From: Candidatus Zambryskiibacteriota bacterium
GTDB taxonomy: Bacteria; Patescibacteriota; Minisyncoccia; Phycocordibacterales; DATDWN01
Direction of reading: 5' to 3'
Assembly: GCA_003173855.1 (NCBI GenBank)
Contig: PPGI01000010.1
Span: 148,696-212,695 of the forward strand
DNA: 64,000 nucleotides
Shown: positions 19,163 to 28,873 of the stretch, piece after piece
Layout: each line of letters starts with the position of its first letter
How positions within the stretch are numbered: position 1 is the first letter of the stretch
Notes under the pieces: generated by a model
Databases searched by the model: none
Told to the model about the DNA's origin: nothing
Seen by the model: the letters and a program-made list of their open reading frames with translations, nothing else
Position numbers and translations under genes: made by a program

Positions 19163-20116
19163 ATGACAAAAAAAATTCTACTTTCTGGGGTAAAACCGAC
19201 GGGGCGGCCGCATATTGGAAACTATTTTGGGGCAATGAGGCAGTTTGTGGCTATGCAGAATCTTTATCAATCACTATATATGATTGCCGATTACCATGCG
19301 CTTAATTTCATTCAGGATAAAAAAGAAATGGAAGAAAATATTTTGGGAGTTGCAATGGACTATCTTGCACTTGGCCTTGATCCACAAAAATCAATTATTT
19401 TTAAGCAGTCAGATATTTCTGAACATACGGAATTGACTTGGATTTTTGACACTATTACGACCATGCCATATTTGATGCGTGCACATGCTTATAAAGATGC
19501 GGCTGCAAAGGACAATGAAATAAATGTCGGTACTTTTAATTATCCGATGCTCATGGCAGCAGATATTTTACTCTACGACACAGACGTTGTGCCTGTTGGT
19601 CAGGATCAAAAACAGCATATTGAATATGCTCGTGATACAGCGCAAAAATTTAACAATGTTTTTAAATCCGAAATCTTTAAATTACCTCAAGAAAAGATTC
19701 TTGATGATGTGGCAGTTGTCCCTGGGACTGATGGACGCAAAATGTCTAAAAGCTACGACAACACTATTCCTTTATTTGCCACTGAAGCTGAAATAAAAAA
19801 AGCAGTAATGAGTATTGTGACTGATTCATCTGGAGAAAAGCCTGAAAATGTTTTTGCAATTCATAAATTAGTTAAACCAGAGTCTGAACTTAGTGCATTG
19901 TATGACCAAAATAAAGGCAATTACAAAGCATTAAAAGAAGCCTTAATTTCTGATCTGGAAGATTTTATAAAACCACTTCGAGAGAAAAGGGAACAGTTGG
20001 AACACGACAAAGAATATGTACTTGATGTCCTTCGTGAAGGAGACAAACGGGCAAAAGCAAAAGCCGAGAAAAAAATGGAAGAAGTTCGCGAAGCAATCGG
20101 AGTTAAACTATATTAA
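19163..20116 (+). CDS. trpS: tryptophanyl-tRNA synthetase
   Basis: class I, HIGH-type PHIGNYFG, KMSKS, TrpRS length 317 aa. Confidence 0.9.
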   Translation: MTKKILLSGVKPTGRPHIGNYFGAMRQFVAMQNLYQSLYMIADYHALNFIQDKKEMEENILGVAMDYLALGLDPQKSIIFKQSDISEHTELTWIFDTITTMPYLMRAHAYKDAAAKDNEINVGTFNYPMLMAADILLYDTDVVPVGQDQKQHIEYARDTAQKFNNVFKSEIFKLPQEKILDDVAVVPGTDGRKMSKSYDNTIPLFATEAEIKKAVMSIVTDSSGEKPENVFAIHKLVKPESELSALYDQNKGNYKALKEALISDLEDFIKPLREKREQLEHDKEYVLDVLREGDKRAKAKAEKKMEEVREAIGVKLY

Positions 20117-20119
20117 TCA

Positions 20120-21811
20120 ATGCTGGCGCCATATGCAAGCTCATATTTTCTTGGAAAACTTGTAGATGGAATAATTAATTTTGCAAAAGCGGGCTCACAA
20201 ATATCTAACTACAATCAAATTTGGTTTTTACTATTTCTATATGTTTTTGTTACTTCTTTGCCAAATCTTTTAGGAAATATTCAATACTATTATAGAAGAG
20301 TAATATATTCAGTTTTGGCTATTGAACTAGATGTATCCATTTTAAGAAAAAGAGAGGCGATTGATATCGCAACTTACGAAGACCCTGCTTTCCAAGATTT
20401 AAATCAACGAGCTTTTCGCAATGGTACTGGCCCAATTTATAATGTAACAACGGGACAATTAGAAACTTTGTATTCGATAACCAGTTTAATAGTTGGTACT
20501 GTAATAGCGGTACATTTTAATCTTTTCATATATGCCGTTGTGCTTCTATCAGCTATCCCAAGCTTTTTTGTTGATATGAAATTTGCATCTCGAAGTTGGA
20601 GTATTTGGGCAAAAGATTCACCTGACCAAAGAAGATATGCAGACTTAAGACAACATATTGTTTCTAGAGTACAACTTTTTGAAATAAAATTGTTACAGGC
20701 AGGAAGAAAAGTATTTGATTGGATAGAAAAAATTCTTATAAATTTTTATAAAAATCAGCTTCAATTTGAGAAAACAAAACTTTATCAGTCATCAATAACT
20801 GATGTTCTTTCGGCCATTGGCCTTATGATTGGATTATTTCTATTAGTTAAACAAGTTATTATTGGAACTGTAGCTGTAGGAGGTCTTGTTTATCTAATTG
20901 GTACATTTTTCAATGTTAGATCTGCTATAAGCTCACTTTTAACTACTATTTCAAATCAGTATGAAGATAGTTTAATTACAAATGACATAATTGATGTCAT
21001 GGAGACAGCACCGGTCATTATTGAAGCAAGAAATCCGGTTCCATTAAAACTTAAATCTGCACCAGAAATCGTATTCGAAAATGTTGGTTTTAAATATAGA
21101 AATTCAGATAAGTGGAGTTTGAAAAATTTGAATTTAACATTCAGTGCAGGTGACAACATTGGTCTTGTTGGCAATAATGGGGCAGGTAAAACAACATTAG
21201 TAAAATTAATATCTAGAATTTATGATCCTACAGAAGGCAGAATTCTTATAAATGGCATTGATCTGAAAGATATTTCCATTCAAGAATGGTGGTCATATCT
21301 TGGAATTATGTTTCAAGATTATGCAAATTATGATTTCCTGGTGAAAGATGCAATTTCGATTGGAAATCCAAATAAACCCACAAATCTCACTAAAGTAATC
21401 GAGGCTGCTCATACGAGTCAAGCACATTTATTTATTGAAGAATGGGAAAAGAAATATGATCAGCAGCTTGGTGTAGAATTTAGCGGAAAAGAGCCGTCGA
21501 AAGGTCAAAGACAAAAACTTTCGATTGCAAAAACTTTATATCGTGATGGATTTGTAATGATTTTAGATGAACCGACTGCTTCTGTTGATGCGGAGTCTGA
21601 ATCAAAAATATTCGACTCAATTGAAAATTTGCCAAAAGATAGAACAGCAATTTTAATTTCTCATGATTTTTCAACAATTTCTGCTTGTGACAAGATTTTT
21701 GTTTTAGATGATGGAAGATTAATTGAGGAAGGTGATCACAAGCACTTGATGTCGCTTAAAGGTAAGTATGCTGAGCTTTACAATTTACAAGCTAAAAGAT
21801 TTAAAAAGTAG
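20120..21811 (+). CDS. ABC exporter, fused permease/ATP-binding protein
   Basis: 6 TM N-terminal domain, Walker A GNNGAGKTT, signature SKGQRQKLSIAK, Walker B ILDEPT. Confidence 0.8.
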   Translation: MLAPYASSYFLGKLVDGIINFAKAGSQISNYNQIWFLLFLYVFVTSLPNLLGNIQYYYRRVIYSVLAIELDVSILRKREAIDIATYEDPAFQDLNQRAFRNGTGPIYNVTTGQLETLYSITSLIVGTVIAVHFNLFIYAVVLLSAIPSFFVDMKFASRSWSIWAKDSPDQRRYADLRQHIVSRVQLFEIKLLQAGRKVFDWIEKILINFYKNQLQFEKTKLYQSSITDVLSAIGLMIGLFLLVKQVIIGTVAVGGLVYLIGTFFNVRSAISSLLTTISNQYEDSLITNDIIDVMETAPVIIEARNPVPLKLKSAPEIVFENVGFKYRNSDKWSLKNLNLTFSAGDNIGLVGNNGAGKTTLVKLISRIYDPTEGRILINGIDLKDISIQEWWSYLGIMFQDYANYDFLVKDAISIGNPNKPTNLTKVIEAAHTSQAHLFIEEWEKKYDQQLGVEFSGKEPSKGQRQKLSIAKTLYRDGFVMILDEPTASVDAESESKIFDSIENLPKDRTAILISHDFSTISACDKIFVLDDGRLIEEGDHKHLMSLKGKYAELYNLQAKRFKK

Positions 21812-21834
21812 CCAGTTTATGCTAAATTAGCTAT

Positions 21835-23124
21835 ATGGAAAGAGTTAAAAATAAGGATATTGGTGAATATGTCGGAAAGGAAATAACTATCTATGGTTTT
21901 GCACATACGATACGTGTGCAAAGCAAGATTATATTTATCTTAGTTCGAGATATCACAGGCATTGTCCAGACTGTTGTTGAGGCAAAAAGTGAGGCGTTTG
22001 AAACAGCAAAAAATCTCTCGCATGAATCAGTAATAAAAGTTACAGGTCAAGTTAAAGAAGCAAAGCAAGCACCAGGTGGGTTTGAGCTGAATGTCTCTAA
22101 TATCGAGGTTTTGTCAGTTGCTGATCCGGAACTTCCAATTCCAGTTGTTGTGAAGGGCGGGGAAGAAACAGAAGCACCAATAAGACTTGATTATCGATGG
22201 ATTGATCTTCGTAAACCAGAAAAAGCTAAAATTTTTAAAGTGTGGACTGAATTAGAAAAAGGATTTCGAAAATATTGGAGTGATAATAATTTTATCCAAC
22301 TTTATCCACCAAACTTTCTTAAAACCCAATCTGAATCAGGAGCAGAAGTTTTTACAGTAAACTATTTTGATCGCCAAGCTTATTTACCTCAATCTCCACA
22401 GTTTTACAAACAAATGGGAATTGCTTCTGGTTTTGAAAAAGTTTTTATGGTAGCACCAGTTTTTCGTGCAGAACCATCATTTACCACGAGACACTTAACA
22501 GAATTTACTGGTTGGGATTTTGAACTGGCGTATGTCAAAGATCATCACAGCATAATGGACGAGGAAGAAGGAATGTTGGTCGAAGGTTTTAATCAATTGC
22601 TAGAAACATTTCCTGATCTTGATATTACTGTTCCATCGCGGCCATTTCCGAGACTAACAATGGTTGAAGCAAAGAAGATTTTAAAAGACGAGGGTATTCC
22701 AAGTCCAGAAGAACACGATCTATCTCCAGAGGAAGAGCGAGCAATTGCTGATTATATAAAAAAAGAAAAAAATCACGATTTTGTTTTCATAACTGATTAT
22801 CACAAATCAAAAAGTGCGTTCTACCACATGAGACTGGAAGAAGAACCTGACAGATCTCGCAGAGCAGATCTTTTATATCGTGGACTTGAAGTGACAACGC
22901 TTGCTCAACGTGAACATAGACCAGAAATATTAAAAAAACAAGCAGAAGAAAAAGGGATGTCTCTTGAACCATTAACAGACTACATTAATTTTTTTCGATA
23001 TGGTTGCCCTCCACATGGCGGCGGTGGTATTGGTCCAGGTCGTTTGGTTATGAAAATTCTGGATTTGCCTAACGTTAGGGAAGCAACATATCTCCCTCGA
23101 GATGTTAAAAGATTGAATCCTTAA
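21835..23124 (+). CDS. aspS: aspartyl-tRNA synthetase, archaeal/eukaryotic-type (AspRS2)
   Basis: class IIb: N-terminal OB fold, QSPQ motif (LPQSPQFYKQ), motif 2 FRAE, motif 3 GGGGIGPGRLVM; QSPQ favours AspRS over AsnRS. Confidence 0.75.
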   Translation: MERVKNKDIGEYVGKEITIYGFAHTIRVQSKIIFILVRDITGIVQTVVEAKSEAFETAKNLSHESVIKVTGQVKEAKQAPGGFELNVSNIEVLSVADPELPIPVVVKGGEETEAPIRLDYRWIDLRKPEKAKIFKVWTELEKGFRKYWSDNNFIQLYPPNFLKTQSESGAEVFTVNYFDRQAYLPQSPQFYKQMGIASGFEKVFMVAPVFRAEPSFTTRHLTEFTGWDFELAYVKDHHSIMDEEEGMLVEGFNQLLETFPDLDITVPSRPFPRLTMVEAKKILKDEGIPSPEEHDLSPEEERAIADYIKKEKNHDFVFITDYHKSKSAFYHMRLEEEPDRSRRADLLYRGLEVTTLAQREHRPEILKKQAEEKGMSLEPLTDYINFFRYGCPPHGGGGIGPGRLVMKILDLPNVREATYLPRDVKRLNP

Positions 23125-23247
23125 AATTATCTCATCTGCGTTGTTGAACTTCAAAAAATGCTCGTCACTTTACTATTTGTAAAGCTCCTCACATTTTCCT
23201 CGTCCGCCTAGCATCTAAAGCAATTTTCCTGATTTAAGAAATTCAAA

Positions 23248-23256
23248 TGTTATAAT
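23248..23256 (+). promoter_or_regulatory. extended -10 promoter (TGtTATAAT) predicting a leaderless scpA mRNA
   Basis: TG at 23248-49, TATAAT 23251-56; ATG of scpA at 23263, 7 nt downstream. Confidence 0.45.
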
Positions 23257-23262
23257 CTAATT

Positions 23263-23991
23263 ATGGACTCGGAATTTCAGGTCAAAACTCACATATTTGA
23301 AGGGCCGCTTGATACTCTGCTTTCGCTGATTGAAAAGCGGAAACTTTTCATAAATGATATTTCACTTGCTCAAGTGGCAGATGACTATATTGCTTATGTG
23401 AAATCGCTAGAGAATTTTCCAATTGCAGATTCAGCCCATTTCATTTTGATTGCCTCCACACTTGTACTGATTAAATCAAAATCACTTTTGCCCACACTCG
23501 AGCTTTCAGAAGAAGAGCAGGGAAGTATTGAGGATTTGGAAAATAGATTGAAGGAATATCAAAAGTACAAAGCTTTAGCACGACATTTACGAGACAGGTT
23601 TGGTATTAATGTCGAATATTTGCGATTGCCATCAAAAGATCAGATCATTGTTTTTACTCCAGATAAAAATATTTCAGTAGAAAGGATTCAAGAAACAATT
23701 CGATCCGTTCTTGCCTCCATGCCAAAGCAGGAGCTTGTTCCAAAAGCCATTGTTCAAAAAGTTATTTCACTTGAAGAAATGATAGAGAGTTTAACTAAAC
23801 GAATTCAGACAAATCTAAAAATGAGTTTCAAAGAATTTTCTCAACATGGTAAAACAGAGAAAGTAAATGTCATCGTTTCATTTTTAGCTATGCTAGAATT
23901 AGTAAAGCAGGGAATTATTCAGGTTAGGCAAGATAGGGATTTTCATGATATTGAAATTGAGTCACAGTCAGTTGGAATACCAAGATATTAA
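23263..23991 (+). CDS. scpA: segregation and condensation protein A
   Basis: FEGPLDTLLSLIEKRKL... ScpA N-terminus. Confidence 0.85.
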   Translation: MDSEFQVKTHIFEGPLDTLLSLIEKRKLFINDISLAQVADDYIAYVKSLENFPIADSAHFILIASTLVLIKSKSLLPTLELSEEEQGSIEDLENRLKEYQKYKALARHLRDRFGINVEYLRLPSKDQIIVFTPDKNISVERIQETIRSVLASMPKQELVPKAIVQKVISLEEMIESLTKRIQTNLKMSFKEFSQHGKTEKVNVIVSFLAMLELVKQGIIQVRQDRDFHDIEIESQSVGIPRY

Positions 23992-24111
23992 TTTCTTTCT
24001 CACCATGACTTTTTCATCACCGGAATAATTTTTTGCTAAAAATTTTCCTAGCGCTCGTGATTCACTCACTCCGCGATGCGCTGAAAAAATCATGGTTCGA
24101 CAAAATTAATT

Positions 24112-24666
24112 ATGAAAGAGTCAGAATTAGTAAAACAACTTGAAGCAGTTCTTTTTTATCTTGCTGAACCTGTAAGTATTAATTTTCTTTCAAAAACGTT
24201 GGAAGTTTCTAAAAAAGAGATTGAAAGTGCAATTCGAGAATTAGGTACTGATTTAGAAAAAAGAGGAACTAGATTAGTCGTACATGATGGGGAAGTAACG
24301 CTTGTTACAGCTCCAGAATTTTCAGGTCTCATTGAAAAAATAGTTAAAGAAGAACGCGAACGAGATTTAGGGAGAGCTGGAATTGAGACATTAGCTATCA
24401 TTGCCTACAAAGGACCAGTGACGAAAAAAGAAATTGAATATATTCGTGGAGTTAACTCTCAATATGCCTTGCGAAATCTTCTTTTGCGAGGTTTAGTTCA
24501 AAAAAAAGCTGCAACTGGTGACGAACGTATGGTAATCTATACTATTACAGGTGACACTTTGCGTTATTTAGGCTTGAGTAATATTTCTGAATTGCCTGAA
24601 TACGAAGAAATCCAAAAACAACTTGAAGTAAGTGAAGATTCTGAAATAAAAGAGGATGGAGAATAA
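24112..24666 (+). CDS. scpB: segregation and condensation protein B
   Basis: tandem winged-helix ScpB pattern (LEAVLFYLAEPVS; GIETLAIIAYKGPVTKKEI). Confidence 0.85.
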   Translation: MKESELVKQLEAVLFYLAEPVSINFLSKTLEVSKKEIESAIRELGTDLEKRGTRLVVHDGEVTLVTAPEFSGLIEKIVKEERERDLGRAGIETLAIIAYKGPVTKKEIEYIRGVNSQYALRNLLLRGLVQKKAATGDERMVIYTITGDTLRYLGLSNISELPEYEEIQKQLEVSEDSEIKEDGE

Positions 24667-25612
24667 TAACGATCAAATTCCAGGAATACCAAAATGGATG
24701 CTTGTGATGAATGCTTTCATCATGATCATTTTGCTTTTACTTTTCTTTCTAATTTACGGTGCGACACACAAGCCAATTTCGAGAGTGGTTCGTGAAGAAA
24801 ATTTAGTTAAAAGTGAACTAATACCGTTAGAAAATGTTCCAATTCTTGCAAAAGCAGCTTTTGTTTATGACGTTCGAGAAAACAGAGTAATTTACAAAAA
24901 AAATGAAGTCGCCCAGCTACCTTTAGCCTCTCTAACAAAACTGATGATGGCTCTTACGGCTGTAAAAATTTTCTCGAAAGATTCGCACATTATGATTAAG
25001 AAGGAATTTCTAGAGGAAGAAGGTGATAGTGGGCTCTTGGCCGATGAATCCTGGAAATTAAAAGATTTGCTTGATTTTTCTCTTGTTGTTTCTTCAAATG
25101 ATGGGGCACGGTCAGTTGCTTCGGTAATTGGTGCCTCAAATTTAAAAACAAATAACTATGAAATGGGTCGCAAGGAATTTATTAATAAAATGAATGTTAC
25201 TGCCCAAGATTTGGGACTGAAACAAACTTATTTTGTAAACGAAAGTGGACTTGATATTGGTGATGTTAGCGGCGGCTACGGATCTGCAATGGATATTGAA
25301 AAATTGATGCAATATATTTTAATAAATAACCCTGAACTTCTTGAAGCTACAAAATATGCAAGCCTTTCGATTGATTCGATGCACGGAGTTCACATTGCTA
25401 AAAACACCGATCAAGATATAAAAGTTATTCCTGGATTAATTGCCGGTAAAACTGGTTACACCAGTCTTGCTGGTGGCAATCTGGCTGTAGCTTTTGATGC
25501 TTCAATTGGACGGCCAATTATTGTTGTTGTTCTCGGTTCAACCGAAGCTGGAAGATTTAGTGATGTTGAGACTCTAGTGAAAGCAACACTTGCTTATATA
25601 AACAATTCTTAA
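24656..25612 (+). CDS. dacA: D-alanyl-D-alanine carboxypeptidase (S11, PBP5-like)
   Basis: SxxK (ASLTK), SxN (SSND), KTG (KTGYT) motifs; N-terminal TM. Confidence 0.85.
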   Translation: MENNNDQIPGIPKWMLVMNAFIMIILLLLFFLIYGATHKPISRVVREENLVKSELIPLENVPILAKAAFVYDVRENRVIYKKNEVAQLPLASLTKLMMALTAVKIFSKDSHIMIKKEFLEEEGDSGLLADESWKLKDLLDFSLVVSSNDGARSVASVIGASNLKTNNYEMGRKEFINKMNVTAQDLGLKQTYFVNESGLDIGDVSGGYGSAMDIEKLMQYILINNPELLEATKYASLSIDSMHGVHIAKNTDQDIKVIPGLIAGKTGYTSLAGGNLAVAFDASIGRPIIVVVLGSTEAGRFSDVETLVKATLAYINNS

Positions 25613-25678
25613 TGAGGTAAGACAGCCAAAAAAGCCTTATTTTTGGACAAATTTCGGCTTTTTTAGTAGAATCGGGTA

Positions 25679-27511
25679 ATGTGCGGAATTGCTGGAATTC
25701 TTGGTGATAATATTCGTGATAAGGAGATTGTCATAGGCAAAATGACTTCGCTTTTAGAGCATCGAGGGCCTGATGATCAGGGTTATTATATTGATAAATA
25801 TGTCGGTCTTGGAATGCGTCGGCTTGCAATTATTGATCTAGAGCATGGCCGCCAGCCGATTACATCTGAAGATGAGAAGCTTGTAATTTTTTTTAATGGA
25901 GAAATTTATAATTACAAAGAGCTTCGTGAAGAACTGTCTGATTACAAATTTAAAACTGATTCTGACACAGAAGTAATTTTACATATGTTTGAAAAACATG
26001 GCCATGCAATGCTGCCTCGTTTGCGTGGCATGTTTACATTTTGCATTTACAATAACGAAACAAAAAAAGTTTTCATTGCGCGAGATTTTTTTGGAATTAA
26101 ACCGCTTTATTATCTATCCGAAGGTGAAAAAATAGTTGCTTTTTCATCTGAAATAAAAAGTTTTCTCGAATACCCAGAATTTAAAAGAGAGGTAAATGAT
26201 GCAGCTGTTTATAATTATCTTTCATTTCAATATAATCCATTAACTGAAACATTTTTTAAAAATGTTTATAAACTTCCTCCTGGTCATTTTCTTTCAATTG
26301 ATTTAAATAAAAACGAAACAGTTATCGAAAAATACTGGTCATTTTCATTTGATCAAAAAAATAATCTCGAAGAAAAATATGTGACTCAAAAAATTAAAGA
26401 AACTATCAAGGATTCGGTCTCGCATCACATGATCGCAGACGTTCCTGTCGGAGCGTTTCTCTCAGGTGGAATTGACTCAAGTATTATTGCAACAAGCATG
26501 CAGGAAATCAGGGGAGAAAAAAAGATAAAAACTTTTACTGTCGGCTTCACTTCACTTTCAGAAGGCAAAGAATCAAAACAAACATCTGATTTTCTTGAAA
26601 CGGATCATACAGAAATCACTATTACTGCAGAAGAATATTTTAAAGCATTATCTGATGCCGTTTATCATTTTGATGAGCCTGTAGCCGATCCAAGCGCAAT
26701 CGGGCTTTATTTTCTAGCAAAAGAGGCTAGAAAGTCAGTCAAAGTTGTACTCTCTGGAGAAGGTTCTGATGAATTGTTCGGCGGTTACAATATTTATTTA
26801 GCCCCTATGGCGTCAGAAAAATTCAAATGGCTGCCAAACTGGATATTAAATTTATTTATTAGTTTGCCATTTGAATATTTTGGAAAAAATTACCTAAGGC
26901 GAGTAAAAATGAAACTCGAAGATTGGTATTTTGGACAAAAATATTTTAATGAATCAATTTTTCAGAGAAACGAAATTGAAAAAATTTGGCTTGAGCCTCA
27001 ACAAAAATTTTTAAATCTGAATTCTTTGTACCGTGAGTCTCAAGGCTTAAGCGAATCGACCCAGATGCAATATATTGATATATATACCTGGCTAGTAGGC
27101 GATATTTTAGCCAAAGCCGACAAAATGACTATGGCCCATTCACTTGAGCTGCGAGTGCCATTTCTTGATATTCCAGTCTCAAATCTAGCAAAAACATTGC
27201 CAGATAAATTTAAATGGCGAAATGGAATAACCAAGTATCTTTTACGTGAAGCATTTAAAAAAATAGTTCCAGAAAAAACTCGAATGAGAAAAAAACTAGG
27301 TTTTCCAACTCCAGTAGGGAAGTGGTTTACCAAAGACAAAATTGATTTATATCTTACAATTTTAAAAAACAAATATATTGAAACACATTTAAACACTAAA
27401 GAAATTAAAAAAATAATTGACGATCATTTAAATAAAAAAAGAGATAATTCGAGAAAAATTTACCTGCTTCTTATGCTTGCATTGTGGTACAATGAATTTA
27501 TAGCAAAATAA
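25679..27511 (+). CDS. asnB: asparagine synthetase (glutamine-hydrolysing)
   Basis: N-terminal MCGIAGIL nucleophile, PP-loop SGGIDSS. Confidence 0.9.
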   Translation: MCGIAGILGDNIRDKEIVIGKMTSLLEHRGPDDQGYYIDKYVGLGMRRLAIIDLEHGRQPITSEDEKLVIFFNGEIYNYKELREELSDYKFKTDSDTEVILHMFEKHGHAMLPRLRGMFTFCIYNNETKKVFIARDFFGIKPLYYLSEGEKIVAFSSEIKSFLEYPEFKREVNDAAVYNYLSFQYNPLTETFFKNVYKLPPGHFLSIDLNKNETVIEKYWSFSFDQKNNLEEKYVTQKIKETIKDSVSHHMIADVPVGAFLSGGIDSSIIATSMQEIRGEKKIKTFTVGFTSLSEGKESKQTSDFLETDHTEITITAEEYFKALSDAVYHFDEPVADPSAIGLYFLAKEARKSVKVVLSGEGSDELFGGYNIYLAPMASEKFKWLPNWILNLFISLPFEYFGKNYLRRVKMKLEDWYFGQKYFNESIFQRNEIEKIWLEPQQKFLNLNSLYRESQGLSESTQMQYIDIYTWLVGDILAKADKMTMAHSLELRVPFLDIPVSNLAKTLPDKFKWRNGITKYLLREAFKKIVPEKTRMRKKLGFPTPVGKWFTKDKIDLYLTILKNKYIETHLNTKEIKKIIDDHLNKKRDNSRKIYLLLMLALWYNEFIAK

Positions 27512-27512
27512 G

Positions 27513-28565
27513 ATGATCAATGTTTTAAAAGTTGTCGTTCCTTCTGTTCTAGCTTTCTTTTTTGGAATAATTATTACCCCTTTTTTTACAGATATTTTCT
27601 ACAAATACAAAATGTGGAAAAAATCTCCGCGTACAGAATCAAACATTACTACTGGCGATTTTGCCAAAGTTCATAACACCCATGCAGAGCTCTCAACTCC
27701 TAGACTCGGTGGAATGATTATTTGGGTTTCAGTAATTCTCACAGTCCTTGCAATCTATTTATTTTCGATAGTTTTCCCCTCAGATTTAACCATAAAATTA
27801 AATTTCTTAAGTAGAAATCAAACAATAATCCCGCTGGTTGCACTTATTTTGGCAAGTCTTATCGGATTGGTTGATGATCTGCTTCAGATTTTTGGCAAAG
27901 GAACATACGCAAAAGACCCTTTATTTTATCGAAAAATTAAAATTGCTTGTATTTTACTCATTGGTCTAGCAATAAGCTTTTGGTTTTATGACAAACTTGA
28001 AGCAACTGCCATTCATATTCCGTTTGATGGAGAACTTGAGCTTGGACTGTGGTTTATTCCATTTTTTATTTTGGTAATGCTCGGAGTTTTCTCAACAAGT
28101 GTTATAGACGGCATGGACGGTCTAGCAGGCGGAGTTCTCGCTATTATATTTACAGCTTATGCTGTTATTGCCTTTGTTCACAATCAAATCGACATTTCAG
28201 CTTTTTGCTCAGTTATAGCAGGTGGAATACTTGCTTTTCTTTGGTTTAACATTCCTCCCGCGAGATTTTATATGGGAGAAACAGGAATTCTTGGTTTAAC
28301 AGTGACACTTTCTGTGATTGCATTTCTTACAAATTCTGCCTTACTGCTTTTAGTTATTGGTTTTCCTTTAGTTATTACTTCCTTGTCAGTTATTATTCAA
28401 ATTATTTCTTATAAATATTTTGGCAAACGACGAGTTTTTAGATTAGCGCCGCTTCACCATCATTTCGAAGTAATTGGCTGGTCACGAGAAAAAATTGTAA
28501 TGCGTTATTGGATTATTAGTGTAGTTTTTGCAATTATTGGTGTGATTATTGCACTCATTAGTTAA
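27513..28565 (+). CDS. mraY: phospho-N-acetylmuramoyl-pentapeptide transferase
   Basis: 10-TM GT4-family, DDxxQ (GLVDDLLQI) and DGMDGLAGG motifs; position upstream of ftsW-murG. Confidence 0.8.
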   Translation: MINVLKVVVPSVLAFFFGIIITPFFTDIFYKYKMWKKSPRTESNITTGDFAKVHNTHAELSTPRLGGMIIWVSVILTVLAIYLFSIVFPSDLTIKLNFLSRNQTIIPLVALILASLIGLVDDLLQIFGKGTYAKDPLFYRKIKIACILLIGLAISFWFYDKLEATAIHIPFDGELELGLWFIPFFILVMLGVFSTSVIDGMDGLAGGVLAIIFTAYAVIAFVHNQIDISAFCSVIAGGILAFLWFNIPPARFYMGETGILGLTVTLSVIAFLTNSALLLLVIGFPLVITSLSVIIQIISYKYFGKRRVFRLAPLHHHFEVIGWSREKIVMRYWIISVVFAIIGVIIALIS

Positions 28566-28571
28566 TAAAAA

Positions 28572-28597
28572 GGCGACACCGAAGTGCCGCCTCGTTG
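28572..28597 (+). terminator. putative terminator hairpin after mraY
   Basis: ggcgacac-cgaa-gtgccgcc (one mismatch) followed by TCGTTG. Confidence 0.35.
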
Positions 28598-28643
28598 TCG
28601 GAACTAAATTGATACCTGTTCCGACTCCCTTCGACTTCCTTGT
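28597..28643 (+). repeat. conserved hairpin + CT-rich motif, copy R2
   Basis: gtcggaac...gttccgac hairpin then TCCCTTCGACTTCCTTG; near-identical to copy at 40418-40466. Confidence 0.5.
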
Positions 28644-28873
28644 CTGTGCTTTCGGATTTCTCCGCGCCATAAGCCGTAGATGCCAACCACAGTTGACACA
28701 ACGACACTGACGATAAATAGAGGATTTCTCAAAAAATTGGCGAGAGCCTGATTGATCATGATCTCTCCCTCATATTGAATCTGAAATCATAATGACATGT
28801 TGTCATTTATTTAGCAATATATAATCCACAGATATAAAAGGCCTTAAAATGTTATACTTTTAGAGAATTTACC

